Below, piece by piece: positions 18,684 through 29,106 of a stretch of DNA of 64,000 nt. Made by a program: the position numbers and the translations under genes. Within the stretch, counting starts at the first letter, position 1. Each line of letters opens with the position of its first letter. The notes below the pieces were generated by a model. The model searched no databases. It saw only the letters and a list, made by a program, of their open reading frames with translations, and was not told the origin of the DNA. Source of the DNA: Candidatus Thorarchaeota archaeon (GTDB lineage: Archaea > Asgardarchaeota > Thorarchaeia > Thorarchaeales > Thorarchaeaceae); assembly GCA_016933575.1 (NCBI GenBank), contig JAFGAR010000151.1, positions 1-64,000 of the forward strand. The letters run 5' to 3'.

Positions 18684-19727
18684 TCACCCAAGTGCTTTGA
18701 TTTTTCGTCTATATTTCGCATATGTTGCATAATCCACATACGTCTTTCGTGCAATATAATCATCGACAGTAGGTACTTCACCTCTACTGTCCTCAATGGC
18801 ATCCTCTACTTTTATTGAGAATGCATCACTTCCAGCTCCAGAACCATATGCAACCATGAATATTTTGGAGCCTGGTTTTGCAATATCTAGTATTCTTGCA
18901 AGACCAATCATCGCTGATCCTGAATAGGTGTTGCCAATTTGGCGAACGACCAGACTGTCTTCCAATTTCTCTTTTGGTACTCCAATCTGTTTACCCATAG
19001 TCACTGGAAACTTACCATTAGGCATATGGAAAACGAAGTAATCATAATCATCCACAGTTGTGTTTGTCTTCTTGAAGAGTGAAGCTGCTCCTTCTCCAAC
19101 ATGACGGAAGTATGCAGGTTCTCCAGTAAATCTTGCACCATGGCTTGGAAAGTCCTCACCTTCACGTCTCCAGAAATCAGGAGTATCTGTTGTGAATGAT
19201 ACTGTTTCTTCTATTGTTGCAAGAGTATTTTCCGTACCAATTAGATATGCAGCTCCACCTGCTGCCGCTGAATACTCAAGAGCATCACCAGGTCTTCCCT
19301 GTGCAGTATCAGCTCCAATTGCCAGTCCTATCTTGATCATCTTTGAAGTGACAAGTCCCATAGCAGCCTGCATTGCAGCAGTTCCTGCTTTGCACGCAAA
19401 TTCAAAGTCTGCACATGTAATATCATGAGAGCATCCAATAGCCTCGGAAACGATGGTTCCTGTGGGTTTGACGGCATACGGATGCGATTCTGAACCGATG
19501 TACACAGCTTCAATGTCTAGTGGATCAATATTTGACATCTTGATTGCATTTCTTGCTGCTTCCACAGAAATAGTAGCTACATCCTCATCAGGTCCTGGAA
19601 CTGACTTTTCAAATACACCAAGACCTGGACCAATTTTGTCCCCGTCTTCACCCCAGAGTTCTGCAATGTCTGAGGTTTTTATCCGATACCGTGGGACATA
19701 AACACCATATCCAACAATGCCAACCAT
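18684..19727 (-). CDS. Hydroxymethylglutaryl-CoA synthase
   Basis: [42 protein letters not shown]. Start at ATG 19727. Confidence 0.95.
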   Translation of the reverse strand: MVGIVGYGVYVPRYRIKTSDIAELWGEDGDKIGPGLGVFEKSVPGPDEDVATISVEAARNAIKMSNIDPLDIEAVYIGSESHPYAVKPTGTIVSEAIGCSHDITCADFEFACKAGTAAMQAAMGLVTSKMIKIGLAIGADTAQGRPGDALEYSAAAGGAAYLIGTENTLATIEETVSFTTDTPDFWRREGEDFPSHGARFTGEPAYFRHVGEGAASLFKKTNTTVDDYDYFVFHMPNGKFPVTMGKQIGVPKEKLEDSLVVRQIGNTYSGSAMIGLARILDIAKPGSKIFMVAYGSGAGSDAFSIKVEDAIEDSRGEVPTVDDYIARKTYVDYATYAKYRRKIKALG

Positions 19728-19751
19728 AGCAATTCTCTCCATATATAACAA

Positions 19752-19857
19752 ATCGGTGAACGTCGAATTGCGCTACGTCATTATTTTATGGGTCGGCTTT
19801 CAACGGTCTTATGAACGTTGTGCTATCGCCGCCGAAAATAAAACGACTTTCACCGAT
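19752..19857 (-). promoter_or_regulatory. Putative structured 5' leader of the HMGS-thiolase-DUF35 operon
   Basis: 13/14-bp inverted repeat (19752-19765 with 19844-19857) enclosing nested stems; ends 25 nt before the HMGS start. Confidence 0.45.
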
Positions 19858-20015
19858 GCTTACCTTATTCTTTCGTATGATGCCGACGAAATTGAAGCTG
19901 GCTCCTACTATTTATTACTAGTGATGCTACAACGTATCATGCTGATATTAAGTTCGCATACTGCCGAAATATGCTGCGTGAATTAAGACTATAAGGCGTA
20001 AAAGTAAGAATAATC

Positions 20016-20222
20016 TTGGTGGTAGAGTTGTCCGATACCATAAGAGAGAAACAGATCCAGAGAATTATCGTCACTGAAACAAAGACAGTCGCTGAGCTAT
20101 TAGTCGAACTGAATCTCTCCTCAGACCATGTTGTTCTAGTTGATGGAAAACGAGTTCCATTGACCTTCCAGATACAAGAGAATGACAGTGTTGTTGTACT
20201 ACCGCTCATCGCTGGGGGCTAA
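20016..20222 (+). CDS. MoaD/ThiS/SAMP ubiquitin-like protein
   Basis: About 65 aa beta-grasp pattern TVAELLVELNL...VLVDGK...ENDSVVVLPLIAGG, ending in di-glycine. Confidence 0.85.
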   Translation: MVVELSDTIREKQIQRIIVTETKTVAELLVELNLSSDHVVLVDGKRVPLTFQIQENDSVVVLPLIAGG

Positions 20223-21680
20223 CGAGTCCAATCTCTCTCGAAGTTTTAGAGTAGGTTCAAAATCCATCTTCAATTCTCCAAGCTTTCCACCTATTGGTAT
20301 GTCCAGTTTTGAGGCGATTGTATCAAGAACTACCTGTACAAGTCGAGTCTTCTGTTTCTTTCCAGCATATGTTTCTCCCTCAACGTTGTTGGATACTGTT
20401 GTAGCAAGTAATTTTGATATCCCTGAGCTATACTGAGTAGCCCGCTTGGGTACCTTGGTCAGTTCCCTAGGAAGTCCAAGGCTCATGGCTAGTTCTCTGA
20501 ATATTATTTTCCTACTTGGAGTCATTCCTGGATTGATCTTGAATCTGGCTGGTATGGATAGTGCTGTTCTAACAAAACTGGGTTGTAAGAACGGAAAGAA
20601 AATGTCCAATCCATTAAATGCAACTGCACGTGCATCCCGTTGAAGATTGTTCTCATGGGTGATTCTTATCTCGTTTCTAAGAGATGATTCAAGAACTTCT
20701 GGACCTGATTCTTTGAAGATTCTCTCATGTTTGGCATATCCTGCAAATAGTTCGTCTGGACCTTGCCCTGATACAGCCAGCTGGTACCCTCTTATTCTGG
20801 CTTCCCTTGCAGCCAAAAAGAAAGGCAATGCAATCTCTACATGCATACGTTCACTTGTTTCTATTGCATAGATAACCTCAGGTAGTGTATGCCAGATGGT
20901 GTTCTCATCAATCTCAACAAGAACATGTTCTATTCCTAATAATTCAGCAGCCCTCGTTGATGCGATAGTATCGTGTGAGTCTCTGCATAGAGCTGTGACA
21001 AGTAATGTTTTGGAGCAATATTTCGTAGTCTGATATGCAGCTAAGGAACTATCGATTCCTCCAGAAAAAAGAACTGCACATCTCTTTATATTCTTCAGCT
21101 CTTGAAAAGATTCGTTAAGCAGACTTGCGAGTTTATCGATTTCTCTCTGCTTATCGAAGTTGTGTACGACATGGGGCTTATCAGAAGCATAGACTTTAAC
21201 ATTCTCTCTACCGGATGAATCGATAGAAAGTACCTGTCCTGGAAGTAGTGGTTGAATCATTTCACTAGATATCTTCCATAGGTTCTTTTTCTCTGAGGAA
21301 AAGGCGTACCCAGTATCGATTCGTGCTATATAGAGACCTTTTGTTCCATCAGATGACCTAAATGCTCTAAGCCCATCAGTGCTTATTTCAAGAACCAGTA
21401 GATTGAATGCAGTTACATCCTTGACAATCTCATCGAAACTGCACTCTCTCACCTTTGGTGTCTGCTCAATAACAAGAAGACTTGATGGCTTCGATTGTAC
21501 ATATACCTGATCTGGCCAGAGTTCTCGAACTGCTATGAATGCTGAACTCGACCCGCTATCAAATATGAACTTGTAAATCGTTTCAGTGCCCCTGTGAGCA
21601 ATAAGTCGGGACATCCTAGTCACGAGTCTTTCTGGTTCTTGTTGACTATTATATAGGAAGAGACCCGTGATTCCAGACAT
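20199..21680 (-). CDS. Asparagine synthase (AsnB)-related ATP pyrophosphatase with degenerate Ntn domain
   Basis: MSGITG...IAHRG N-terminus, FSGGIDSS PP-loop, SGQGPDELFAGY, KRATQYSSG. Confidence 0.82.
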   Translation of the reverse strand: MSGITGLFLYNSQQEPERLVTRMSRLIAHRGTETIYKFIFDSGSSSAFIAVRELWPDQVYVQSKPSSLLVIEQTPKVRECSFDEIVKDVTAFNLLVLEISTDGLRAFRSSDGTKGLYIARIDTGYAFSSEKKNLWKISSEMIQPLLPGQVLSIDSSGRENVKVYASDKPHVVHNFDKQREIDKLASLLNESFQELKNIKRCAVLFSGGIDSSLAAYQTTKYCSKTLLVTALCRDSHDTIASTRAAELLGIEHVLVEIDENTIWHTLPEVIYAIETSERMHVEIALPFFLAAREARIRGYQLAVSGQGPDELFAGYAKHERIFKESGPEVLESSLRNEIRITHENNLQRDARAVAFNGLDIFFPFLQPSFVRTALSIPARFKINPGMTPSRKIIFRELAMSLGLPRELTKVPKRATQYSSGISKLLATTVSNNVEGETYAGKKQKTRLVQVVLDTIASKLDIPIGGKLGELKMDFEPTLKLRERLDSLAPSDER

Positions 21681-21763
21681 CTTTACCAAGAATCCTCTGA
21701 GTATTCATCAGTCATGAAACGCCCGAAGTATTACTGCACGCGAGGATTCTGTTACGTTCCAGA

Positions 21764-22180
21764 TTAACTTGTCTTTACTTTTTCCAGATTGACGTGCTTT
21801 ACTCCAGTGATCGTGTTCAATCGTTGGTTGAGTGCACTCACTTCCACGTTTAATTGTCCTGGAGTGAAATAGCATTCGTAGAAACATTGGTCTGCTGCTT
21901 GGCAGATTCCGCTAGTAAATAGTATATCTTCTAGACCGACTTCCATGAATACCATAGTGAGTTCTTCGAGAAAGCTCTTGCTGAGTTTATCGATTACAAG
22001 TCTTAGATACATAACGTGATCGCTGTCAACTGGATACAATTTTACATTGCCATCTTTCATGATGAGAATAGTCAACCCATAAGGCTGTCCTATTCTATCC
22101 ACAAACTCTGATGGAAGTGTGATTGTATCACCCTTCATAATTTTTAGAACTCTTGCCTGTGTCATGTCACCCTTGCTCAA
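21764..22180 (-). CDS. Putative regulator with AbrB-like N-terminus and ACT-like C-terminus
   Basis: KIMKGDTITLPSEF..RIG...GNVKLYP matches the AbrB pattern; the C-terminus ends LNTITGVKHVNL, typical of ACT folds. Confidence 0.5.
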   Translation of the reverse strand: MSKGDMTQARVLKIMKGDTITLPSEFVDRIGQPYGLTILIMKDGNVKLYPVDSDHVMYLRLVIDKLSKSFLEELTMVFMEVGLEDILFTSGICQAADQCFYECYFTPGQLNVEVSALNQRLNTITGVKHVNLEKVKTS

Positions 22181-22252
22181 ATGTACCTTCCTCCGGACAT
22201 TCAGTAGGGGTCTGTACAGCTTTCATTATATCTCTTGTGGGCGCACGGAAAA

Positions 22253-23833
22253 TTAGCGGTTTCCGCCAAACCATCGACGGATTTTGGTTAAAGCTTCCAT
22301 TTCTGGCTTTTCTACAACTCGAAGATGCCATTTCACCTTCTCAATAGCGTCAAATTCTAGAAAAGCAACCTCTCCTTCTGATCGTATTTTCTCCATTTCT
22401 TGAAGTTTCCCGGTTAACCATGCTTTTCTGGATACTGGCATTCTTGCTGTTGCTTGGTCAAAGAGCGATGGATGAAGATCGAATATTAGCGCACTCTCTC
22501 GCATATACTCCATGACTCCCTCCTGAAGCGCTTGACTGATTTTCTCTCTATCTGTGTAGAATGAAGCTGCAACTGACATATTAGGGAATTTCTCTGGGAT
22601 GTTAAGAGCGAATTTGAAGGAACGTTCAAATTTAGAAAGGTGTGTCGCTGCATCAAGGAATAGAATGGTCTTAGGTTTTCCTTCAAACTGGTCTTCGGAG
22701 ATATCGATGTTCGAACGATGGAGTTCTTCCTCCCTTTCTATAACTGTTTCTAGTAACTGTTTTGTCACAGGTGGGAGATCTTCATCCAATATTCCTTCTA
22801 TCTCTTCGTATGAAAGCTCCGTATCTTCATAATCCTCTTTAGTGTCACCTTTCTTCTTCTGTTCGTCTTTCTTTCTTGGACGTCTTTGTGGAGGAATATA
22901 CCCAATCTCGTCTACTACATGTTTTAGCACTAATGGAAGAAATAGGTCATAGAGGGTATTTCTAGTTTCAATGATTAGAAGTACTGGCTTGAAGGAGTTT
23001 ATAGCCTCGACAATTCCTGCACTGAAGTCTTCAGAATCATCAAAGAACTTTCGAAGATTTTCCTCAGAATAACCTCTCTTTACTCTATCTGTCCAGTCTT
23101 GGTAGACATCCTTAATCTCTTGCTTTCTACGATCCTTCACTAGTGAGATAAATTTACCAAAATACTTCACTCCACGAGATACAGCTGTTGTGGGACTGAC
23201 GAAGACCGACATCAATCCAACTGCCTCGCCTGCATAATCACTTGCCTCAGCACTTCTGATTTTACCCATGACCTCATCTGTAAGTGAAGGTGGTCCTAGC
23301 TTCTCCTCAAGGACTTCAATCATGCCTGCAAAGTCTTCAAAAGCAGCATCTCCAGGTCCTACTTCTTCTCCAACAATTGAGGCATCAGATAATACTTCAG
23401 CAAATATATTGGGTCTCTTAATTAGCCAATTTAACGGTATTTTGAGGGACGGATATTCGTGAAGCCAATCTCTCTCAGAATCCTTTGAGCCGAAATAGAA
23501 CTTGGTTGCATCAGGGAAGAGACCTTCGAAGATCTCCATGAATTGATCAAAGCCCTGTCTTGTGCTAAGCCCCATTTCTCCCTTTTCCATAGCATCGACA
23601 ACGAGTAGAAGTCCAGTTTCCTTCTTTATTGCCATCTTAGCCATTGTAAGCATGACCTGTTTTGGAGAGAGATAGAGTAGATTACTCTCTACGTACGGTT
23701 TATCATAGAACGAGAATAATCCAAGACGTTTCCAAGTGTTTTTGGATAGAGATGTATTGGCAAGGTGTGAAAACCATTCATACCCTCGCTTGTATCTTGG
23801 TATTGAATCTTCGTCTATATGAACGGTTGCCAT
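22253..23833 (-). CDS. Hypothetical protein, possibly a degenerate HerA/FtsK-fold ATPase
   Basis: Long ORF with HerA-like motif order but no Walker A. Start moved to ATG 23833. Confidence 0.5.
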   Translation of the reverse strand: MATVHIDEDSIPRYKRGYEWFSHLANTSLSKNTWKRLGLFSFYDKPYVESNLLYLSPKQVMLTMAKMAIKKETGLLLVVDAMEKGEMGLSTRQGFDQFMEIFEGLFPDATKFYFGSKDSERDWLHEYPSLKIPLNWLIKRPNIFAEVLSDASIVGEEVGPGDAAFEDFAGMIEVLEEKLGPPSLTDEVMGKIRSAEASDYAGEAVGLMSVFVSPTTAVSRGVKYFGKFISLVKDRRKQEIKDVYQDWTDRVKRGYSEENLRKFFDDSEDFSAGIVEAINSFKPVLLIIETRNTLYDLFLPLVLKHVVDEIGYIPPQRRPRKKDEQKKKGDTKEDYEDTELSYEEIEGILDEDLPPVTKQLLETVIEREEELHRSNIDISEDQFEGKPKTILFLDAATHLSKFERSFKFALNIPEKFPNMSVAASFYTDREKISQALQEGVMEYMRESALIFDLHPSLFDQATARMPVSRKAWLTGKLQEMEKIRSEGEVAFLEFDAIEKVKWHLRVVEKPEMEALTKIRRWFGGNR

Positions 23834-23909
23834 GAAATCACCTAGTTGGGGGATAATTATGCCCTTGTAGGGAGTCTTGAGTGGGATAGGAGATAAAGGT
23901 TTGTCTCTA

Positions 23910-25118
23910 TCAGTCCTGTCTGACACCCAAAATAGCAAACACGAGAGCTACTACTATGATACCAACAACCACGAAGAGTCGCCAATCTAGTACGACACCA
24001 CCTGGTGTGTTCGGATCGATTGTTGAACCGAGAATGCTAACTGCGCTTCCAAACAAGTTTAGCATCTCACATGCTCGGCCAGAATTGACCAAGTTACCTT
24101 CAACCAAATTAGGTAACTGACCAAATGAACCATCCTTAGCTTGGCAGTTCATTATGAAGTTTATCACAGCAGATTCGTTGACTGGAGTTAATGCATCAGC
24201 CATATCTAGGACTTTTAGTGCATAGTACGTGCTGGTAAAGTTTGGATCTCCAGTAGCATTTCCTTCCTCAAATCCTCCAATATACTCTACCAAGTCAGCT
24301 TCATCCACCTGTCTAGCTTGTATCCATGCAAGTGCTGCTTGCAGATCTGGTACTGTGGTCATTGATTGACTTGGCAGAGTAGCAAATGCCATTATTCCTG
24401 CTGCAGTTGGAGTCACTCCCGGTGTAACTGAATTTGGATTGAGCTTGAAGGCATCTCCTACTCGACAACTCTCTATCCATTCCATGGTCTTTGTTTCATT
24501 TGCGAGCCAATCCCAAGCATTCAATTCTTCATCATATTCGTCTAGTAACTGAATTATTGTAAGAGCTTGGTAAGTTGAAACAATATCTGGATTTTCTCCG
24601 GTCGTTGAACAGAATCCACCACTGGTTGTCTGAGTCTTATTGACAAATACAAGAATAGCAGTTGTATTGACATCTATAGTCAATATATCTGGGTAGTCTG
24701 CTTGAGCTTTAAGCATGAGAAGAAGCTCAATGCCCATAAGTGTCATCGCATTTGAAACCGGACCAAGTAGGTACTCACTGATTCCACCATATCTCTTCTT
24801 GTCTAGATCATTTCCAGCAACATTTGATGTCCATTGACGATCTATAAGTGCCTCTAATACATCAGTCAGATTGACCGGTGGAGGTCGATTGTTCAAGATC
24901 TCTAGTGAATCAAGAGCGAGTATGGCTCCATACGTTGCATCAACTCGGACAACGTCATCGCTCGGAGGGCTATATCCTCCTCTCTCAACATCGAATCTTC
25001 CACTAATATATGTCGTCAGTGATTCTGCTCTGGTTGCCGCTGCGGCTGGTTGCGCAGTAAACGCGATCAATACAATCATGAACGCAATTGCTATGGTAAC
25101 TACCTTGACCCTTCTCAT
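23910..25118 (-). CDS. Secreted, C-terminally anchored prenyltransferase-beta/squalene-cyclase repeat (alpha/alpha barrel) protein
   Basis: Signal peptide (…AQPAAA), repeats GGF…PDIVSTYQAL, FIMNCQAKDGSFG and STYYALKVL, multiple N-x-S/T sequons, C-terminal TM helix. Confidence 0.75.
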   Translation of the reverse strand: MRRVKVVTIAIAFMIVLIAFTAQPAAAATRAESLTTYISGRFDVERGGYSPPSDDVVRVDATYGAILALDSLEILNNRPPPVNLTDVLEALIDRQWTSNVAGNDLDKKRYGGISEYLLGPVSNAMTLMGIELLLMLKAQADYPDILTIDVNTTAILVFVNKTQTTSGGFCSTTGENPDIVSTYQALTIIQLLDEYDEELNAWDWLANETKTMEWIESCRVGDAFKLNPNSVTPGVTPTAAGIMAFATLPSQSMTTVPDLQAALAWIQARQVDEADLVEYIGGFEEGNATGDPNFTSTYYALKVLDMADALTPVNESAVINFIMNCQAKDGSFGQLPNLVEGNLVNSGRACEMLNLFGSAVSILGSTIDPNTPGGVVLDWRLFVVVGIIVVALVFAILGVRQD

Positions 25119-25268
25119 AATGACATCCCGGTCAACATTGATGCCGCTGATATAATCGATTCAGCGTGTGGAGCATCGGATTTTGGCTGTGTTATTAACG
25201 TTTCCCCATCTCAAAGGATGTACTATGTGAAATCCACATGGAGTATCTGATTGAGAGGAATAACAATT

Positions 25269-26222
25269 CTATGCGTATCCTATAGGTCCTCTCTGGATTT
25301 TTCGAATGTATGAATATGCTGAATCTGCAGCAATCGCTCCATGACCCACAGCTACTGCTATCTGTTTCATTGATTCTACCACATCACCAGCTGCGAAGAC
25401 TCCAGTAATGCTAGTGGCCTGTTTTGCGTTCACAATAATCTCGCCCCGCTCGTTGGTTTCTACACCGATGCTTTTAGCAAGAGCACTCTCTGGTCTAGAA
25501 CCAAGAGCAATGAATGTTCCATCAGTCGTGAGACTTCTCTGCTCTCCAGTCTTGACATTCTCCAAGATCATCTCATTGACGAGATTGTTTCCCTTGATTT
25601 CCTTCACAACAGAATCCCAAATGATCTCAACATTTGAATTGAAGAGATAATCTTGTACTACTTTCTCAGCCCGAAGTTCATCTCGCCTGTGTATCAAATA
25701 GACCTTCCCAGTCACCTCTGCGAGATAGAGTGCTTCAGTGACTGCAGTATTGCCGCCTCCTACTACAGCTACAGTCTTATCCCGAAAGAGTGGACCATCG
25801 CAAGTTGCACAGAATGAAACACCTCTCCCTGTGAATTCCTCTTCACCCGGAACTCCAAGATGTTTATGGCCTCCACCTGTGGCAATTATTATCGCTTTTG
25901 CCCTGTAGACTCCACGTCGCGTGTCTAAGAGAAAATCACCATTATCCCCTTCTCTCTGAATACTTCTCACATCTGTAATCTCTTTGATAATGGCTCCACA
26001 CTTCTTCACTTGTTCTTTCATCTTTGTAGCTAGATCTATACCAACTATGAACGTGTAGCCTGGATAGTTCTCGATTCCTGGACTTGTAGCTTGAGCGCCT
26101 CCTAGAACTTTGGATTCGAGTAGTAGTGTCTTCAGTCCATATCTAGCCCCATAGATAGCGGCTGTCATTCCTGCTGGTCCGCCACCGATGATTACGAGTT
26201 CCCAATCCAAGTCTTCGCTCAA
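25269..26222 (-). CDS. trxB: Thioredoxin-disulfide reductase
   Basis: IIGGGPAG, IENYPG, GVSFCATCDG, GGGNTA, HRRDELRA, GVFAAGD. Start probably TTG at about 26222 (ORF track gives 26297). Confidence 0.92.
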   Translation of the reverse strand: MSEDLDWELVIIGGGPAGMTAAIYGARYGLKTLLLESKVLGGAQATSPGIENYPGYTFIVGIDLATKMKEQVKKCGAIIKEITDVRSIQREGDNGDFLLDTRRGVYRAKAIIIATGGGHKHLGVPGEEEFTGRGVSFCATCDGPLFRDKTVAVVGGGNTAVTEALYLAEVTGKVYLIHRRDELRAEKVVQDYLFNSNVEIIWDSVVKEIKGNNLVNEMILENVKTGEQRSLTTDGTFIALGSRPESALAKSIGVETNERGEIIVNAKQATSITGVFAAGDVVESMKQIAVAVGHGAIAADSAYSYIRKIQRGPIGYA

Positions 26223-26297
26223 TCTGTTTTCTCCTTTTCTGTGTACATCTTTGCTAGGTCGTTGTCTATTGCTTAATCTTTCTTTCCTGTGCGGCAA

Positions 26298-27146
26298 TCA
26301 ATCAATACCTAAGGCATACAGATCAGATGATGATAGACTGCACTGAGGTCTAATTTCAAGTTTTCTTGAGGGTTTTAGTAGGTCTGACATCCTTCCAAAA
26401 GTGACCTCCCTAATAGGCAGATTCCCACGCTTCATCAGGAATGCAGCTTTTCTAAACCGTTCTGGGTCATAACTGAAGATATGACCTGGACATACAACAA
26501 AGACATGGTCAACAGATTCCAAGGCTTCCCATGGCCATGCGGCATCGTTGAACGCCTCGATAATGACCACATCAGTTGATCTTGATATCTTGGAAAATGA
26601 TGAAGTCACATATTTGTCAAAGTAAAGCATTTCAAACTCTTGAAAGGCCTCTAGACTATCTGCACTCGACACGCTAGTTTCGTGCGTTAACTTGCCTACT
26701 TCATCGAAGCCAATCAAGAGGTGTTCTTCTTCCACAAGTGATTCGGCAATGAGAACAGTGGTATCAATCTCATCACTCAATGGCTGACTGAATCGTTGCA
26801 TTGTTAGAATTGATGTGGAACCAGATAATCCAAGACTATTTGGTATAGTCTCTAATGGCCTATCTATTCTAGATGGAACAAAAAGACTGTGTATTGGATT
26901 CATCAGTCTCAAGTCTGAATCTATTCCAAGTGTTTCTTTTACAAGCATTGCATCCTTGGAAACAAGTTGTCCTATCTCTAGACACTTCAGTGTATGTTGA
27001 TAATTGTACCAGTAGTTATGACCACTGATCGGTTTGAAATATTCAACAGACCTTCCTGCATTGATAAAGGCTCTACCTAACTCGATTGCAAGATGGGTCT
27101 TTCCTGAATCGAAGGTGTGTATGCCTACTATCAACACTCTAGTCAT
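26298..27146 (-). CDS. Archaeal P-loop NTPase (dethiobiotin-synthetase-like, COG4028-type)
   Basis: VGIHTFDSGKT, YFKPISGHNYW, NPIH, VIIEAFND. Confidence 0.7.
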   Translation of the reverse strand: MTRVLIVGIHTFDSGKTHLAIELGRAFINAGRSVEYFKPISGHNYWYNYQHTLKCLEIGQLVSKDAMLVKETLGIDSDLRLMNPIHSLFVPSRIDRPLETIPNSLGLSGSTSILTMQRFSQPLSDEIDTTVLIAESLVEEEHLLIGFDEVGKLTHETSVSSADSLEAFQEFEMLYFDKYVTSSFSKISRSTDVVIIEAFNDAAWPWEALESVDHVFVVCPGHIFSYDPERFRKAAFLMKRGNLPIREVTFGRMSDLLKPSRKLEIRPQCSLSSSDLYALGID

Positions 27147-27159
27147 ATCTGAAACCTCA

Positions 27160-27188
27160 AAGAAAAGAGATAGGAGCCTTTCGGCTCC
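27160..27188 (-). terminator. GAAA-tetraloop hairpin plus U-rich tail after the thermosome gene
   Basis: Minus strand reads GGAGCC-GAAA-GGCTCC then tatctcttttcttt. Confidence 0.65.
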
Positions 27189-27207
27189 AATTCATCTTCG
27201 TTAGATA

Positions 27208-28869
27208 TTACATCATGCCAGGCATACCGCCCATGCCGCCCATTCCACCCATTCCGCCACCTGCGCCCGGTGGGGGACCTGAGGTAGCCTTGGCTGCGAT
27301 GACATCGTCAATTCTCAAAATCATCTGAGCAGCCTCTGCGGCAGATCGGATTGCTTGGCTCTTCACACGTGATGGCTCAATAACTCCAGCCTTCATCATG
27401 TCAGTAGTCTTGCCCTTTGCAACGTCTACACCGTACCAGATACCACCTTCTGCTGAATGGTCTTTGTTCAAGTCGGCAATGATATCAATAGGATCATGGC
27501 CACCATTCTCTGCAAGGGTCTTTGGAATTATACGTAGCGACTCTGCAAATGCTTCGATAGCAAGTTGCTCGCGACCACCAACCTTGTTTGCGAAAGCTTC
27601 CAAGCGTTTGGAAATCTCGGCTTCTGTTGAACCGCCGCCAGCGACATAGGTGCCATCTTCAACAACATTCCTAACGACACAGAGTGCATCATGAAGAGCG
27701 CGTTCTGCTTCGTCTGTAACATGTTCTGTACCGCCACGAATGACGATTGATACAGCCTTTGGATCTTTGCAGTTCTTCACGTAGACAAGCTTGTCATCGC
27801 CAATTCTGACCTCTTCAACGATTCCTGCGACGCCTAATGCCTTTGCATCGAGTTCATCTAGACTTGTGGCAATACTTGCACCAGTGGCCTTGCTCAATTT
27901 CTCAAGTGTGCTCTTCTTGGCTCTGCGGACTGCCATGATGCCAGCCTTTGCAAGATAATGTTGAGCCACATCGTCAATACCCTTCTGGCAGACGAGAACA
28001 TTTGCACCTGAAGCAATGACCTTTTCGACCATGCTCTTCAACATGCGTTCTTCTTCATTGAGGAATGCCTGAATCTGTTCTGGACTGTCAATCTTGATTT
28101 CCGCATCAAACTCGGTCTTCTCAACCTCTATTGCTGCATTGACAAGGGCGATCTTTGCACCTTCGATCTTCTTTGGCATTGATGTATGGACAATCTCCTT
28201 ATCAATAACCATTCCAGTGACAAGCTCGGTTTCAGTGAGGCTCTTGCCTTGCTTCTTGATGACCTCGATCATATCGATGTCAGCAACAACTCTGCCATCT
28301 ACTTTGTCCATTATCTGTAGAATTGAATCGACTGCAATCTTTGCAAAGTGATCCTTAGCACCAACAACGGACTTGCTGTTCATGGATGTTTGAGCAATTC
28401 CAGTCAGGACCTTCTTGTCCATTCCTTCCATGTTGATTGCAATACTCTTCAGTATCTTTGTTGCCTCTTCAGCTGCCTTCTGATAACCAGCAACAAGAAT
28501 TGTTGGATGTATCTTTTTATCGAGTAGCTCCTGAGCCCGCTTTAGAAGCTCACCAGCTATCACAACTGAGGTCGTAGTACCATCGCCGGTTTCCTGGTCC
28601 TGGCTCTTTGCAACTTCGACAAGCATCTTGGCTGCTGGGTGCTGTACATCAATCTCCTTGAGAATTGATGCACCATCGTTTGTAATCGTCACATCTCCTA
28701 AACTATCCACGAGCATTTTATCCATGCCGCGGGGGCCTAGGGTTGATTTTACAGCATCAGATATGACAATGCCTGCCATAATGTTATTCTGCTGTGCGGA
28801 CTTACCGCGTGTTCTTGAAGTACCCTCCTTTAGAATGAGGACGGGTGTTCCAGACAATTGCGCTGCCAT
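27208..28869 (-). CDS. ths: Thermosome subunit (group II chaperonin)
   Basis: [38 protein letters not shown]; C-terminal GGM repeats. Confidence 0.97.
   Translation of the reverse strand: MAAQLSGTPVLILKEGTSRTRGKSAQQNNIMAGIVISDAVKSTLGPRGMDKMLVDSLGDVTITNDGASILKEIDVQHPAAKMLVEVAKSQDQETGDGTTTSVVIAGELLKRAQELLDKKIHPTILVAGYQKAAEEATKILKSIAINMEGMDKKVLTGIAQTSMNSKSVVGAKDHFAKIAVDSILQIMDKVDGRVVADIDMIEVIKKQGKSLTETELVTGMVIDKEIVHTSMPKKIEGAKIALVNAAIEVEKTEFDAEIKIDSPEQIQAFLNEEERMLKSMVEKVIASGANVLVCQKGIDDVAQHYLAKAGIMAVRRAKKSTLEKLSKATGASIATSLDELDAKALGVAGIVEEVRIGDDKLVYVKNCKDPKAVSIVIRGGTEHVTDEAERALHDALCVVRNVVEDGTYVAGGGSTEAEISKRLEAFANKVGGREQLAIEAFAESLRIIPKTLAENGGHDPIDIIADLNKDHSAEGGIWYGVDVAKGKTTDMMKAGVIEPSRVKSQAIRSAAEAAQMILRIDDVIAAKATSGPPPGAGGGMGGMGGMGGMPGMM
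27211..27262 (-). repeat. GGM-coding tandem repeat in the chaperonin tail
   Basis: Encodes [17 protein letters not shown]. Confidence 0.8.
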
Positions 28870-29106
28870 TTTAATCCCCTATTGTTTGATTCTTCGTAGG
28901 CCACTTCAAGACCTATTCCGAAGTAGCTTACTATTCATTTGCTAAAACTGTACAAGCGCTTCGGCTTATACTTCTAATAAAACTGTGCTAGCCCTTCGCT
29001 TTTAAAACTTACCACTTGTCTGTTTATCATCCCAAGCTTAGTACATTTCTTTCTCATGCGTCTAGTTTATCAATCAAAATCATTCCGAAAACAACGAGGA
29101 GTTTGA

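Noticed and set aside
28892-28923. Hairpin in the thermosome 5' region as an RNA thermometer
   Set aside because: The imperfect stem (CTTCG-TAGG/CCTA-CGAAG) does not cover the RBS; evidence is too weak.
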